Shown: in pieces, positions 1 to 8,530 of the stretch | Layout of the letters: each line of letters opens with the position of its first letter | Position numbering within the stretch: position 1 is the first letter of the stretch | DNA from: Planctomycetota bacterium | GTDB taxonomy: Bacteria > Planctomycetota > UBA1135 > UBA2386 | Direction of reading: 5' to 3' | Assembly (NCBI GenBank): GCA_016795295.1 | Contig: JAEUHP010000202.1 | Coordinates: forward strand, 1 to 30,359 | Length of the DNA: 30,359 nt | Notes under the pieces: model-generated | The model's database searches: none | What the model saw: only the letters and a program-made list of their open reading frames with translations | What the model was told of the DNA's origin: nothing | Program-made: the position numbers and the translations under genes

Positions 1-198
1 CGGGTCCATGCGCTGCTCGAGCATCGCCACCACGACATCCTGCAGGACATCCTCGCCGTCGGCATCGCGAATCACGGGACGCAGCTTCTGGAACAGCGCT
101 TCCCATGCGCGCTGCTCCGCCTCGCCCCGCGCCGGTTCAACTCCCCTCCCACGCCACTCCCAAGCTGGGGGTTGGGGGTTGGGGGTTGGGAACGGCAT
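1..198 (-). CDS. Partial CDS at the 5' edge, N-terminal fragment only. It possibly encodes the sigma-70/ECF-like region 2 of another sigma factor. The start codon is ambiguous: ATG at 196-198, 241-243 or 328-330 are all in frame.
   Basis: Minus-strand frame is open to the window edge and translates to ...EAEQRAWEALFQKLRPVIRDADGEDVLQDVVVAMLEQRMDP. This resembles the sigma2 region pattern (AFxxLxxxxxPxVxRxxxxxxxDxxDAEDvxQDvF) of ECF sigma factors. It is on the same strand as, and immediately downstream of, the kinase gene. It is not in the ORF track because it is edge-truncated. Confidence 0.3.
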   Translation of the reverse strand, partial: MPFPTPNPQPPAWEWRGRGVEPARGEAEQRAWEALFQKLRPVIRDADGEDVLQDVVVAMLEQRMDP

Positions 199-400
199 CT
201 TCCGCTCTGGCTTTCCTTGCCATGCCCAAACTCGAACTGCCATCCTTGTACCTGTCAACCCCCAATGCCGCAGAGGGCCGCCATAACCTGGCTGGACAGT
301 GGTCGTGCCCTGCCACAGCCCAACCCGCATTGGACGAGTCCCTCCCCGCCGCACGGCGACAGGGCATGAGGCACTTGCCACAGGCTCCTGAGCCGCCCCC

Positions 401-3322
401 TCAACGCCCCTTCGGCCGCCCCTCGCCCGGCCGCTCACCACCAAGACCGCGCTCACCCGGCCCACGCTCCCGCAGCCGCACCTCCAGCCGCTGCCAGCGC
501 TGCTGCAACTCCGGCACCGCCAACGCCTCGACCAGCCCGCGCAACCGCCCGACCAAGCCCGCCTCCCCAGGCCCGCCGAGCCCAGGCGGCGGCCCACCCG
601 CCCCCGCCGGCCGCCCCTCCCCGCCGAACTGCCGCTCCAGCAGCTCACACACCCCCTGCGCAATCTCCAAAGCCGCCGCTTTGTCGCCATTCCCCGCCAA
701 CAACAACGCCTGCTCGAGCCGCACCTCGAACCACAACCGCTGCAGCCGCCCGTTGCCCCCCGCCGCCCCGAACAACAGCACCCGTTCGGCCGCACCGAGC
801 CCCGTGAACCAACCCAGCGCCTCCGCGCGGCGCGCCTGCGGCTCCTGCGCCCCGGCCGCTTCCGCCCGCAGCCGCGCATCGCGCGCCAACGCCACGATCG
901 CCCGCAGCCGCAGCGCGTGGTACTCGGCCACCTGCGGCTGCGCCGCGACCAGCCGGTCCGCGTGCCCCTTCGCCTCGCGCAGCAATGCCAGTTCGGCGTC
1001 GTCGAGCGGTCGTTCGTCGCGCCGCTGGCGGCCGGGGGGGCCCCCACGCCGCTCGTCGAAGCGCCGCTCCGGCAGCAACTCGCGGGTCAGTTCGAAGCGC
1101 GCCGAGAGATCCTCGGGGTTGCCCTGCAACAGCCGCCGCAGCAACTCCAGGCCTTCGCGCCGCTGGCTCTCGACCTCGGGCGGCAGCGTACGGGGATCGC
1201 GCGAGCGTTGCCCCTGGCCAGGCCCTTCGGCGGCGCGGCCCGCAAGGCGGCTGCCCAGCAACAGACAGCGCGCGCGCAGGCGCTGGTACTCGCGGTGTTC
1301 GGGCTCGTCGGCCAACAACCGGTCGAGGATCTCCAGCGCTTGCTGCAGGTGCGGTTTCGCGGCGTCGAACAGGCGCGCCCAGTCGCGGCGCAGGTCGTTC
1401 AGGTCGCGTGAGCCGGGACCACCCGGACCATTGGGCCCATTCGGCCCACCCTGCGGACGCCCACTGCCCGCCGGCTCCACCAACTGCGCCAGCAGATAGT
1501 GCGTGGTCGCGCGCTCGAACCAGAGCGCCCGCGACTCGCCGCCTTTGGCCAGCAGCTGCAGCGCGTCCTGGAAGCGCTGCTCGGCGGTGCCGAGGTCGGC
1601 GCGCTGGTGGGCGAGCTGGCCCAGTTCGACCTGGATCGCGGCGATCTCGCGGGTCACGTCGCGGGTGGTGATCGCACCGAAGCGCTGCTGCGCCTGTTCA
1701 TAGGCCGCCTGCGCGGCGAGGAAGTGCTCGGCGCCGCCGAGCCGGGCGTGGATCGCGCCGACCCGCCGCCAGGCGCGCGCCGTCTCGAAGGCGAGCGCCT
1801 CGTTGTGTTCGTTCTGCGCGGCGAACTGGTCGTAGAAGCGCAGCATGCTCTGCAGCACCTCGACGTTGTGCGGATCGACGACCGCGCGCGCCACCATGGT
1901 CGCTTCGCCGGTGTCCGGGTCTTCGTCGAGGTCGAGCAGCGGATCGCGCCCGATCAGGCCGTCGAACATCTCCCCGGCCCAGGCCAGGGCCAGCGCCAGG
2001 TTCTTGTCGGCGCGGTTGCGTTGCTGCACCGCCTCGCCGGCCGAGAGCTGGGCGTCCTGGCGCGCGCGGTCGGCGGTGGCGTAGGACCACCAGCCGACCG
2101 CACCGGCGCCGACCACGGCCAGCAGGGTGCTGGCGGCGAGGCTGGCGAGGACGCGGTTGCGGCGGCACCAGCGGGCCAGTTGGCGCATGGCGCCGAGCGG
2201 CCGCGCCGCCACCGGCCGGTCTTCGAGGAACGCCAGCAGGTCGAGTTCGAGTTCGCGCGCGCTCGCGTAACGATCGCGGCTCTCGCGCGCCATCGCCTTC
2301 TCGACCACGCGCACCAGGTCCAGCGGCAGTTCGGGCCGGGCACGCCGCAGCGCTTCGGGAGGCCGGGTGCGGATGCACTCGATCAGTTCGCTGCGGGTGC
2401 GCGCGGCGAACGCCGGCCGCAGCACCAGCAGTTCGTAGAGCGTGACGCCGAGTGCATAGACCTCGCTGCGCACGTCGTAGTGGCCGGCGAACTGCTCGGG
2501 GGCCATGTACTGCAATGTGCCGAGCAGGTCACCGGAGTGGGTCAGGCCCTCGGCCTCGAGCGCCTTGGCCAGGCCGAAGTCGGTGACCCACAGATGGCCA
2601 TTCTGCTCCAGCAGCAGATTGCCGGGCTTGACGTCGCGGTGCAGGGTGCCCTGTTCGTGCGCGTAGTGCAGCGCCGCCGCGGCCTGCAGGCCGAAGCGCG
2701 CCACCACCGCGGCATGGGTGCGCCACGCCGAAGCGTCGGCGGGCGGCGCCGCGGCGCGGTCGGCGCGCCAGCGATCGAGGCTCGCCCCGGCGATGCACTG
2801 CATCGCGTACCAGTGGTAGCCGTCGCTCTCGCCGCTGCCGAACACCGGCACGATGTTGCTGTGGTGCAGTTGCGCCGCGGTCTGCGCTTCACGGCGGAAC
2901 CGCTGCAGCTGGTGGTCGGTGAGCAGCGCCGCCTGCGGCAGCACCTTGAGCGCCACCTTGCGGCCGAGCGACTCCTGCACCGCTTCGAACACCACGCCCA
3001 TGCCGCCGCGGCCCACTTCGCCGACGATGCGGAAGTCGCCGAGCTGCGCCATCGCCGGCAGGCGCACACGCGCGCGCTGGCCGCCGGTCGATTCGCGGTC
3101 GCGCTTCATGCGTTCGAGCGCGAGCAGCGTCGGCAGCAGTTCGAGCAGAGCCGCCTGGTGGGCCGGGTGCTGGGCGGCGAACGTCTCGACTTCGAGGGTC
3201 TCGCCGCGGCGGCGCGCCTGCAAGAACTGCTCGGTCAGCAGGTCGAGTGGATCGCGTTCGCTCGACGCATCGCGGCCGTGGTCCGGCGCGTGGCCAGCGG
3301 CACTCGACGAGGACTCAGCCAT
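401..3322 (-). CDS. Membrane-anchored Hanks-type Ser/Thr protein kinase, 973 aa. It has an N-terminal kinase domain, one TM helix and a long C-terminal TPR-like/helical repeat domain with low-complexity G/P/R linkers.
   Basis: Kinase motifs GEVGRGGMGVVFEA...VALKVL (Gly loop and Lys), HRDVKPGNLLL (catalytic loop), DFGLAKA, APE. Hydrophobic segment VLASLAASTLLAVVGAGAVGWW after the kinase domain. Repeated helical A/L/R/E-rich units follow. The start codon overlaps the sigma gene stop by 8 nt. Confidence 0.9.
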   Translation of the reverse strand: MAESSSSAAGHAPDHGRDASSERDPLDLLTEQFLQARRRGETLEVETFAAQHPAHQAALLELLPTLLALERMKRDRESTGGQRARVRLPAMAQLGDFRIVGEVGRGGMGVVFEAVQESLGRKVALKVLPQAALLTDHQLQRFRREAQTAAQLHHSNIVPVFGSGESDGYHWYAMQCIAGASLDRWRADRAAAPPADASAWRTHAAVVARFGLQAAAALHYAHEQGTLHRDVKPGNLLLEQNGHLWVTDFGLAKALEAEGLTHSGDLLGTLQYMAPEQFAGHYDVRSEVYALGVTLYELLVLRPAFAARTRSELIECIRTRPPEALRRARPELPLDLVRVVEKAMARESRDRYASARELELDLLAFLEDRPVAARPLGAMRQLARWCRRNRVLASLAASTLLAVVGAGAVGWWSYATADRARQDAQLSAGEAVQQRNRADKNLALALAWAGEMFDGLIGRDPLLDLDEDPDTGEATMVARAVVDPHNVEVLQSMLRFYDQFAAQNEHNEALAFETARAWRRVGAIHARLGGAEHFLAAQAAYEQAQQRFGAITTRDVTREIAAIQVELGQLAHQRADLGTAEQRFQDALQLLAKGGESRALWFERATTHYLLAQLVEPAGSGRPQGGPNGPNGPGGPGSRDLNDLRRDWARLFDAAKPHLQQALEILDRLLADEPEHREYQRLRARCLLLGSRLAGRAAEGPGQGQRSRDPRTLPPEVESQRREGLELLRRLLQGNPEDLSARFELTRELLPERRFDERRGGPPGRQRRDERPLDDAELALLREAKGHADRLVAAQPQVAEYHALRLRAIVALARDARLRAEAAGAQEPQARRAEALGWFTGLGAAERVLLFGAAGGNGRLQRLWFEVRLEQALLLAGNGDKAAALEIAQGVCELLERQFGGEGRPAGAGGPPPGLGGPGEAGLVGRLRGLVEALAVPELQQRWQRLEVRLRERGPGERGLGGERPGEGRPKGR

Positions 3323-3926
3323 CGGCGAGGTCTCCCAGGAAACCCTTCAGCCGGCCGAGCGCGCGCACGTAGCGGTTGCTGGCGGCGTTCTCCTGGATGC
3401 CGAGCACTTCCGCGGCCTCTTTGTTGGACAGGTCCTCGAAGTGGCGCAGCACCAGCACTTCGCGGTCGATCTCGTCCATGCTGGCCAGGGCCTGCTCGAC
3501 CCGCTGGCGCAGCTCTTCGCGCATCACCGCGTTGCTCGGCGAAGTGAAGTGGCCGACGAACAGGCCCGACAGCGTGGCGCTCTGGCTGTGCGCCGAGGCC
3601 ACCAACTCGCGACCGGCGCTGCGCATCTGCGCGCCGAGGTGCTTGCGGTGCAGGTCGATCAGGGTCTGCTGGGTGATCAGACGCATCCACAAGTGGAACG
3701 GCTTCTGGTCGGCGCGGAACGCCGCGAGGCGCTTGCCGGCTTCCAGGAACGCCTCCTGGACCACGTCCTCGGCGTCGAGGCGGCCGACCAGGCGCGGGTC
3801 CAGGCGGAACTGCACCATGCGCAGCAGCCGGTCGCGCTGCAGTTCGAGCAGCACGGCCAAGGCACCGTCGTCGCCCTGGCGCAGCGCCAATTCGTTCGGA
3901 TCCAGAGGCAGCGGAGCGTCCACCAT
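3315..3926 (-). CDS. ECF-type RNA polymerase sigma-70 family factor, 203 aa. It is co-operonic with the Ser/Thr kinase.
   Basis: Start chosen at MVDAPLPLD (ATG at 3926); the longer ORF to 4220 has a non-sigma-like Arg/Gly-rich N-terminal extension. Region 2: DAEDVVQEAFLEAGKRLAAFR. Region 4 HTH: LSNKEAAEVLGIQENAASNRYVRALGRLK. Length is typical of ECF sigmas. Stop TGA at 3315-3317 lies inside the first codons of the kinase. Confidence 0.85.
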   Translation of the reverse strand: MVDAPLPLDPNELALRQGDDGALAVLLELQRDRLLRMVQFRLDPRLVGRLDAEDVVQEAFLEAGKRLAAFRADQKPFHLWMRLITQQTLIDLHRKHLGAQMRSAGRELVASAHSQSATLSGLFVGHFTSPSNAVMREELRQRVEQALASMDEIDREVLVLRHFEDLSNKEAAEVLGIQENAASNRYVRALGRLKGFLGDLADG

Positions 3927-3948
3927 CACTGGCCAGGATACCCGGAGG

Positions 3949-3976
3949 GACGGACGGCTGTCGTCCCGGGTTCGTC
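3949..3976 (-). promoter_or_regulatory. Candidate ECF-type (AAC-N17-CGT) autoregulated promoter upstream of the sigma gene.
   Basis: Minus strand reads cGAACc-N13/17-CGTCCGTC about 22 nt before the ATG at 3926. It matches the AAC/CGT core of ECF promoters. There is no experimental support, it rests on pattern only, and the leader would be very short. Confidence 0.2.
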
Positions 3977-4105
3977 GCGGGGCGGCGGAGTGGCGCCGCA
4001 GCCGCCGCAAGGGGTGCTGGGATGATGGGCGCCGGCCGGTAGCATGCACCGGCACCGGCGGTCGTTCCGGCACCTCTCCCGCCCCCACTCGAGCCCGCTT
4101 CCACC

Positions 4106-5221
4106 ATGGTGTTTCTGCGCCGCGAGGACCACGAGGACCGCGAACTGCACCACCTGTCGCCGTGGGCCCTGCCGAGCCGCAACGCCGGGCCACGACGCCT
4201 CGCCGAAGCCGACGACCCACTGCGCACCGCGTTCCAGCGCGACCGCGACCGCATCCTGCACAGCGCCGCGTTCCGCCGCCTGCAGCACAAGACCCAGGTG
4301 CTGGCGGCGTTCGAAGGCGACCACTTCCGCAGCCGCATGACCCACTCGCTCGAAGTGGCGCAGATGGGCCGCAGCGTGGCGCGCGCCCTGCGCCTCAACG
4401 ACGACCTCGCCGAAGCGATCGCGCTGGCACACGACCTCGGCCACCCGCCGTTCGGCCACGTCGGGGAACGCGCGCTGGACGCGGCCATGTCGGGGCACGG
4501 TGGGTTCCGCCACAACGCCCAAGGCGCGCGCATCGTCGATCGGCTCGAAGACCGCTACGGCCATGGCCACGGCCTGAACCTGACCTTCGCCGTGCGCACC
4601 GCGCTGCTGAAGGGCCGCATTCCCGAGGGTTTCCCGCTGAGTCCGGACCTGGTGCCGAAGCCTCGGCCGCCGGTCGAGGCGCAGATCGTCGACTTGTGCG
4701 ACCGCATCGCCTACCTCGCCCACGATCTGGACGACGGCCTGCGCGCGGGCCTGTTCACCAGCCAGGAAGCGGGCGAGCTCGGCTTGTGGCAGCTCGCGCA
4801 GGCGGCGGCGGGCAGTGACAACCGCCAACGCATCGTCAGCGAAGTGGCTTCGCTGCTGATCCACGATCTGGTGGAGACCGCAGACCGGGCGATGGCCGCG
4901 CCAACGGGCTCGAGGATTGCCCCAGCGGGGCCCGGCGCCACCCTGCACCTGGGCCACAGCGATGCGCTGACGGTGGCGGCCCACGAGCTGCTGGAGTTCC
5001 TGCGCGCACGCTTCTACCGCTCGCCGCGGGTGCTGGCGGTGATGGAAGACGGTGCCGCACGCATCACCCGGCTGTTCCAGGCGCTGGTCGCCGACCCGAG
5101 CGGCCTGCCGGCGGCCTACCGCGCGCGCCGCGAGGCCGATGGACTCGAACGCTGTGTCTGCGACTACATCGCCGGCATGACCGACCGGTTCCTGCTGCGG
5201 GCCACCGGCGCCGAGGCCTGA
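4106..5221 (+). CDS. dgt: dGTPase-like HD-domain phosphohydrolase (deoxyguanosinetriphosphate triphosphohydrolase-like protein), 371 aa.
   Basis: Conserved N-terminus RTAFQRDRDRILHSAAFRRLQHKTQV. HD motif region HSLEVAQMGRSVA...AHDLGHPPFGH, then later DL.DRIAYL.HDLDDG. It is divergently transcribed from the sigma gene. Confidence 0.85.
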   Translation: MVFLRREDHEDRELHHLSPWALPSRNAGPRRLAEADDPLRTAFQRDRDRILHSAAFRRLQHKTQVLAAFEGDHFRSRMTHSLEVAQMGRSVARALRLNDDLAEAIALAHDLGHPPFGHVGERALDAAMSGHGGFRHNAQGARIVDRLEDRYGHGHGLNLTFAVRTALLKGRIPEGFPLSPDLVPKPRPPVEAQIVDLCDRIAYLAHDLDDGLRAGLFTSQEAGELGLWQLAQAAAGSDNRQRIVSEVASLLIHDLVETADRAMAAPTGSRIAPAGPGATLHLGHSDALTVAAHELLEFLRARFYRSPRVLAVMEDGAARITRLFQALVADPSGLPAAYRARREADGLERCVCDYIAGMTDRFLLRATGAEA

Positions 5222-5284
5222 AGCGCCGCCGGAAACGCCACCTTCAGGGCGACCCGCGGCCGTCGGCTCCGCGTGCCCACGGCC

Positions 5285-8200
5285 TCACTTGCCGCCGCCA
5301 GCGATCCCGAGCAGCCCGTCGAGCGGGCCGTCGACGTAGGTCGGGGCATCGCCCGGCCGCCAACCCTCGCCGCTGCGCAGGCCCGGGTCGCCTTCGAACA
5401 CCACCTTGCCCTCGCGGTCGAGCAAGAGCACACGGGGCAAGCCGAAGAAGCCCGCCTTGACGAAGTAGGCGTCGTAGGTGGCGCCACTGCCGTCGATGGC
5501 GACCGCCGCACCGGGCAGAGCGTGCTGCGCGAGGTAGGTCTGCAGGTCGGCCGCGCTGGTACCGGCATCGGCCACCACCACCACCGCCAAGCCCTTCGCG
5601 GCCCCGCGCTGCAGCACCGCCCGCAGCCACTCGGTGCAGGGAATCACCCGGTCCTGCGCCGGCGACCAGAACACCAGCATCACCGGCCGCTGCCGCAGGG
5701 CGCCGAGCTGCACCGGCTCGCCTTGCAGCCACTGCAAAGTGCCGAGTTCGGGCGGCACGAAGCCGGCGAACGTACCCGGCTGCCGCTGGCTCGGATCGCC
5801 CAGCACCTTGGCCATCGCCAGGGACCGTTCGATGCGCGCGGCGGGGTCGAACGGATCGCGGGTGAGCACGCGGATGTGCCGGAACTGGGCTTCGCCAGGG
5901 CCACACAGGAGGCCGAAGCCGCCGCGCACACTCGCCGCGTCGGGGAACTCCAGCGACCGCACGTAGAGCCCGTCGTAGTAGACGTCGAGCTGCTGGCCGG
6001 TCACGTCGATGCGCAGTTGGTGCCAACTGCCGCCGACCGGCAAGCTGCGGTGGTCGTGCACCTGCCAAGTGCCACCGCGGTTGCTGCTGATGTCGAGGTA
6101 ACCCTTGGGATGCAGCAACACGGCGTGGAACTGGTTGTCGCCCTTGCGGCCGAAACACAGCCCGACCAAGTCGCCGCGGAACCCACCTTCGGGGCGCTCC
6201 AGGATCTGCAGTTCGGCGGCGAGCGAGAAGTCCGCGTCGAAGGTGACGTCGCAGGTCAGTTCGCGCGTCACCATGCGCTCGCCGTCCTTCTTCACCGAGC
6301 CGCGCAGCAGCTTGCCGTAGGCCGAGAACGCGCCATCGCCCCCGGACCAGCCGGAGAGGCTCTGCTCGTCGTAGGCGACCCGCCAGCGGGCCAGGCTCTT
6401 GCCGGTGCGCTGGGCCAGGGCCACGTAGGCTTCCAGGGCCGGGCCGTAGGCGAAGTTCGCCGACAGGCGGCGCAGCAGTTCGAGTGCCATGGTCGGCAGG
6501 CCGCGCGCTTCGTAGCCCTTCGCCAACTGCACCCCTTGTTCGCCGAAGCGACGCTGCAGATCGCGGTAGCGCAGCACCAGCGGATCGAGCTGCTCGACCT
6601 TCTTGCCGGCTTCGGCGAAGCGCTGGTCCGCGGTGTTGCCCGAGAGCTCCAGCACGCGGCGGAACTCGCGATACCGCGCCGCGGCGAGCGCCTTCTTCTT
6701 CAGCGTTTCCAGCACCGCAGCCAACTGCCACAGCACTTCGGCGTCGCCCGGCGTCTCGTCGCGCGCATCGTCCAGGAACTCCAACGCCTCGGCCGGCTGG
6801 CCGCGCTCCAGGGCCGCTCTGGCCCAGCGCAGCAGTTCGGCACCGGCACTGGTCTTGCCCATCTCGCGGTCGCGCAGAGCCAGCAGCCAATCGCGCCACA
6901 GCGGGTCGAGTTCGGCGAGGGTCTTGACCGGAGACAGCGGCGCCTTGAGCACCAATTCCTCGAAGTGCAGGCCCGGGTCCTTGGGCTGGCCGCGCTTGAA
7001 CGACTGGTAGTAGTCGTGCAGCACCGCACGGTAGACGAGCCGCCCGTCGTCGCGCCGGTAGTTGTAGAGGAAGTAGACCACGCCCCAGGTGGGCGCGTAC
7101 CACGGCGGCCCCCACTGGTAGCGGCCTTCGACCACCATACGGAACGGTGGCGCGCGCTCCGGCTCGGTCCATTCGCCGCCGGGCCCCGGCCCCGCCTCAC
7201 CGTGCTCCGCCATCCAGCCGCGTTCGAGCCGCGCCACCAACGGGAACAGGCGGTGCGGCGGCACGCGATTCCAGCGCACCGAACCGTTGCTCAGGATCAC
7301 GCAGCCTTCGAAGAACGACGCGTAGGCCTCGTTCAACCAGCCGGGCACCATCGGCCCGGTCATGCTGACGAACTGGTGCGCCGCCTCGTGGAACAGGGTG
7401 CCGTACATCTCGCGCACCGATTCCTTGCCGCTGACGCCGCCGGCGTAGGTTTCGACTGCGTCGCCGGTGAACTGACCACCGCTCCACGGCTGCGGACTGC
7501 GGCCGAGCTTCAGGTACTCGTCGCGGTTCTTGAAGATGCGGATCTCGATCGCCGGCGTCTTGCCGCCATCCTCCATGAAGTGGAAGAAGCGGCGGTAGAA
7601 GCCGTTCATCTGCTCCATGGCGATGCGCGACGTCTTCAGCACCAGGTAGCCGGCATCGGTCCGGTAGCGGTAATTGTCGCTCTGGTCGGTGTAGGCCTTG
7701 TCCCACTCGCTGTGTTCCGCATCGAGTTTGGCCAGTTCGGCCTCGGACATGCCGCCGGTCGGGTCCGCGCCGGCGTACACGTCTTCCACCGCGACCTCGC
7801 GGCCGCCCGTGGTGCGGATCTGCTGGATCGCTGCCAGCCCCTCGGGGTGGTCGGGCGCCACCTGCAGCAGGTGCTGGTAGGCCTCGAGCGCACCGAGCAA
7901 GTCCTTCTTCTGGCGGTACTGCTTGGCGATGTCCGCGATCCCAGCCACGTACTGCCCCTGCAGCTTGGCCCAGGTCGGCGCTTCGCTGTCGAGCGGCTGC
8001 AGGCGCTCGACCGTGGGCTTGCGCTCCGCCGGGTTCTTCTTGCCGCTGCGGGCGTCGAACACCGACAGCCACAAGTGCAGAGCGTGCACCGCCGTGTCGA
8101 CGTCGCCCTGCCGCTCGGCGATGGTCGCCAGGAGCCAGAGGGCCGGCAGGCTGCGGGCGTCGCGTTCGAGTGCGAAGTCGACCGCGCGGCGGGCCCCCGC

Positions 8201-8350
8201 CACATCCCCAGCACGGAGCTGGCCTTCGGCTTCCGCGAGGTAGGCAGTGACGAACGGGGTCTTGGGCCGCGGTTCTTGCGCGGGCAGGGCTGGGACCAGC
8301 CACAGGGCCAGCACCAGGACGTGGGTCGAGAGGATGGACCGGACCACCAT
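5285..8350 (-). CDS. Large secreted multidomain protein, 1021 aa. Domain order: signal peptide, TPR repeats, DUF1570-like putative metallopeptidase module with HExxH, TPR, DUF1080/LamG-like jelly-roll, and a C-terminal TlpA/thioredoxin-like domain lacking the CxxC pair.
   Basis: Start taken at MVVRSILSTHVLVLALWLVPALPAQE (signal-peptide-like; ATG at 8350 preceded by AAGGTGG). TPR-like AEAEGQLRAGDVAGARRAVDFALERD. Motif GTLFHEAAHQF (HExxH). Segment WHQLRIDVTGQQLDVYYDG...AQFRHIRV is DUF1080-like. C-terminal PVMLVFWSPAQDRVIPCTEW aligns to the TlpA FWAxWCGPC region but keeps only one Cys. Confidence 0.75.
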   Translation of the reverse strand: MVVRSILSTHVLVLALWLVPALPAQEPRPKTPFVTAYLAEAEGQLRAGDVAGARRAVDFALERDARSLPALWLLATIAERQGDVDTAVHALHLWLSVFDARSGKKNPAERKPTVERLQPLDSEAPTWAKLQGQYVAGIADIAKQYRQKKDLLGALEAYQHLLQVAPDHPEGLAAIQQIRTTGGREVAVEDVYAGADPTGGMSEAELAKLDAEHSEWDKAYTDQSDNYRYRTDAGYLVLKTSRIAMEQMNGFYRRFFHFMEDGGKTPAIEIRIFKNRDEYLKLGRSPQPWSGGQFTGDAVETYAGGVSGKESVREMYGTLFHEAAHQFVSMTGPMVPGWLNEAYASFFEGCVILSNGSVRWNRVPPHRLFPLVARLERGWMAEHGEAGPGPGGEWTEPERAPPFRMVVEGRYQWGPPWYAPTWGVVYFLYNYRRDDGRLVYRAVLHDYYQSFKRGQPKDPGLHFEELVLKAPLSPVKTLAELDPLWRDWLLALRDREMGKTSAGAELLRWARAALERGQPAEALEFLDDARDETPGDAEVLWQLAAVLETLKKKALAAARYREFRRVLELSGNTADQRFAEAGKKVEQLDPLVLRYRDLQRRFGEQGVQLAKGYEARGLPTMALELLRRLSANFAYGPALEAYVALAQRTGKSLARWRVAYDEQSLSGWSGGDGAFSAYGKLLRGSVKKDGERMVTRELTCDVTFDADFSLAAELQILERPEGGFRGDLVGLCFGRKGDNQFHAVLLHPKGYLDISSNRGGTWQVHDHRSLPVGGSWHQLRIDVTGQQLDVYYDGLYVRSLEFPDAASVRGGFGLLCGPGEAQFRHIRVLTRDPFDPAARIERSLAMAKVLGDPSQRQPGTFAGFVPPELGTLQWLQGEPVQLGALRQRPVMLVFWSPAQDRVIPCTEWLRAVLQRGAAKGLAVVVVADAGTSAADLQTYLAQHALPGAAVAIDGSGATYDAYFVKAGFFGLPRVLLLDREGKVVFEGDPGLRSGEGWRPGDAPTYVDGPLDGLLGIAGGGK

Positions 8351-8386
8351 GAGCCACCTTGAGCCCCAAAAGCCTGAGAGTCGGCC

Positions 8387-8423
8387 AAAAAAAGCGCGCG
8401 GGTCCGGCGAACCGGACCCGCGC
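8387..8423 (-). terminator. Rho-independent terminator downstream of tRNA-Gln(CUG).
   Basis: Minus strand has GCGCGGGTCCGG-TTCG-CCGGACCCGCGC, a perfect 12-bp GC-rich stem with a 4-nt loop, followed by GC then TTTTTTT. It lies 4 nt after the tRNA 3' end. Confidence 0.8.
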
Positions 8424-8426
8424 ATC

Positions 8427-8500
8427 TGGTTACCCCGCAAGGATTTGAACCTTGACAAACAGGACCAGAACCTGTTGTGCTACCGTTACACCACGGGGCA
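8427..8500 (-). tRNA. tRNA-Gln, anticodon CUG, 74 nt with CCA encoded.
   Basis: Reverse complement TGCCCCGTGGTGTAACGGTAGCACAACAGGTTCTGGTCCTGTTTGTCAAGGTTCAAATCCTTGCGGGGTAACCA folds by hand into a cloverleaf. It has a 7-bp acceptor with U1-A72 (typical of Gln), D-stem GTGT/GCAC, anticodon stem ACAGG/CCTGT with loop TTCTGGT (CTG at 34-36), and T-arm CAAGG-TTCAAAT-CCTTG. Confidence 0.85.
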
Positions 8501-8530
8501 TCGCAACCAGCTACTCGGCAAGCACTTGCG

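Noticed and set aside
137-369. Small ORFs 137-367- and 172-369+ in the kinase-downstream region.
   Set aside because: They have no domain similarity or RBS and show GC-driven openness. The 172 ORF merely translates the GGGGGTT repeat.
1499-3547. 682-aa plus-strand ORF antisense to the kinase. The same applies to other long antisense ORFs such as 105-1499+, 985-1671+, 5273-8362+, 22258-26298+ (1346 aa), 15157-18903- (1248 aa), 19543-21438- and 24605-27286-.
   Set aside because: In a genome of roughly 70% GC, stop codons are rare in all frames. These translations are Arg/Ala/Gly/Pro-rich low-complexity with no recognisable domains. They overlap opposite-strand genes that have clear catalytic motifs.
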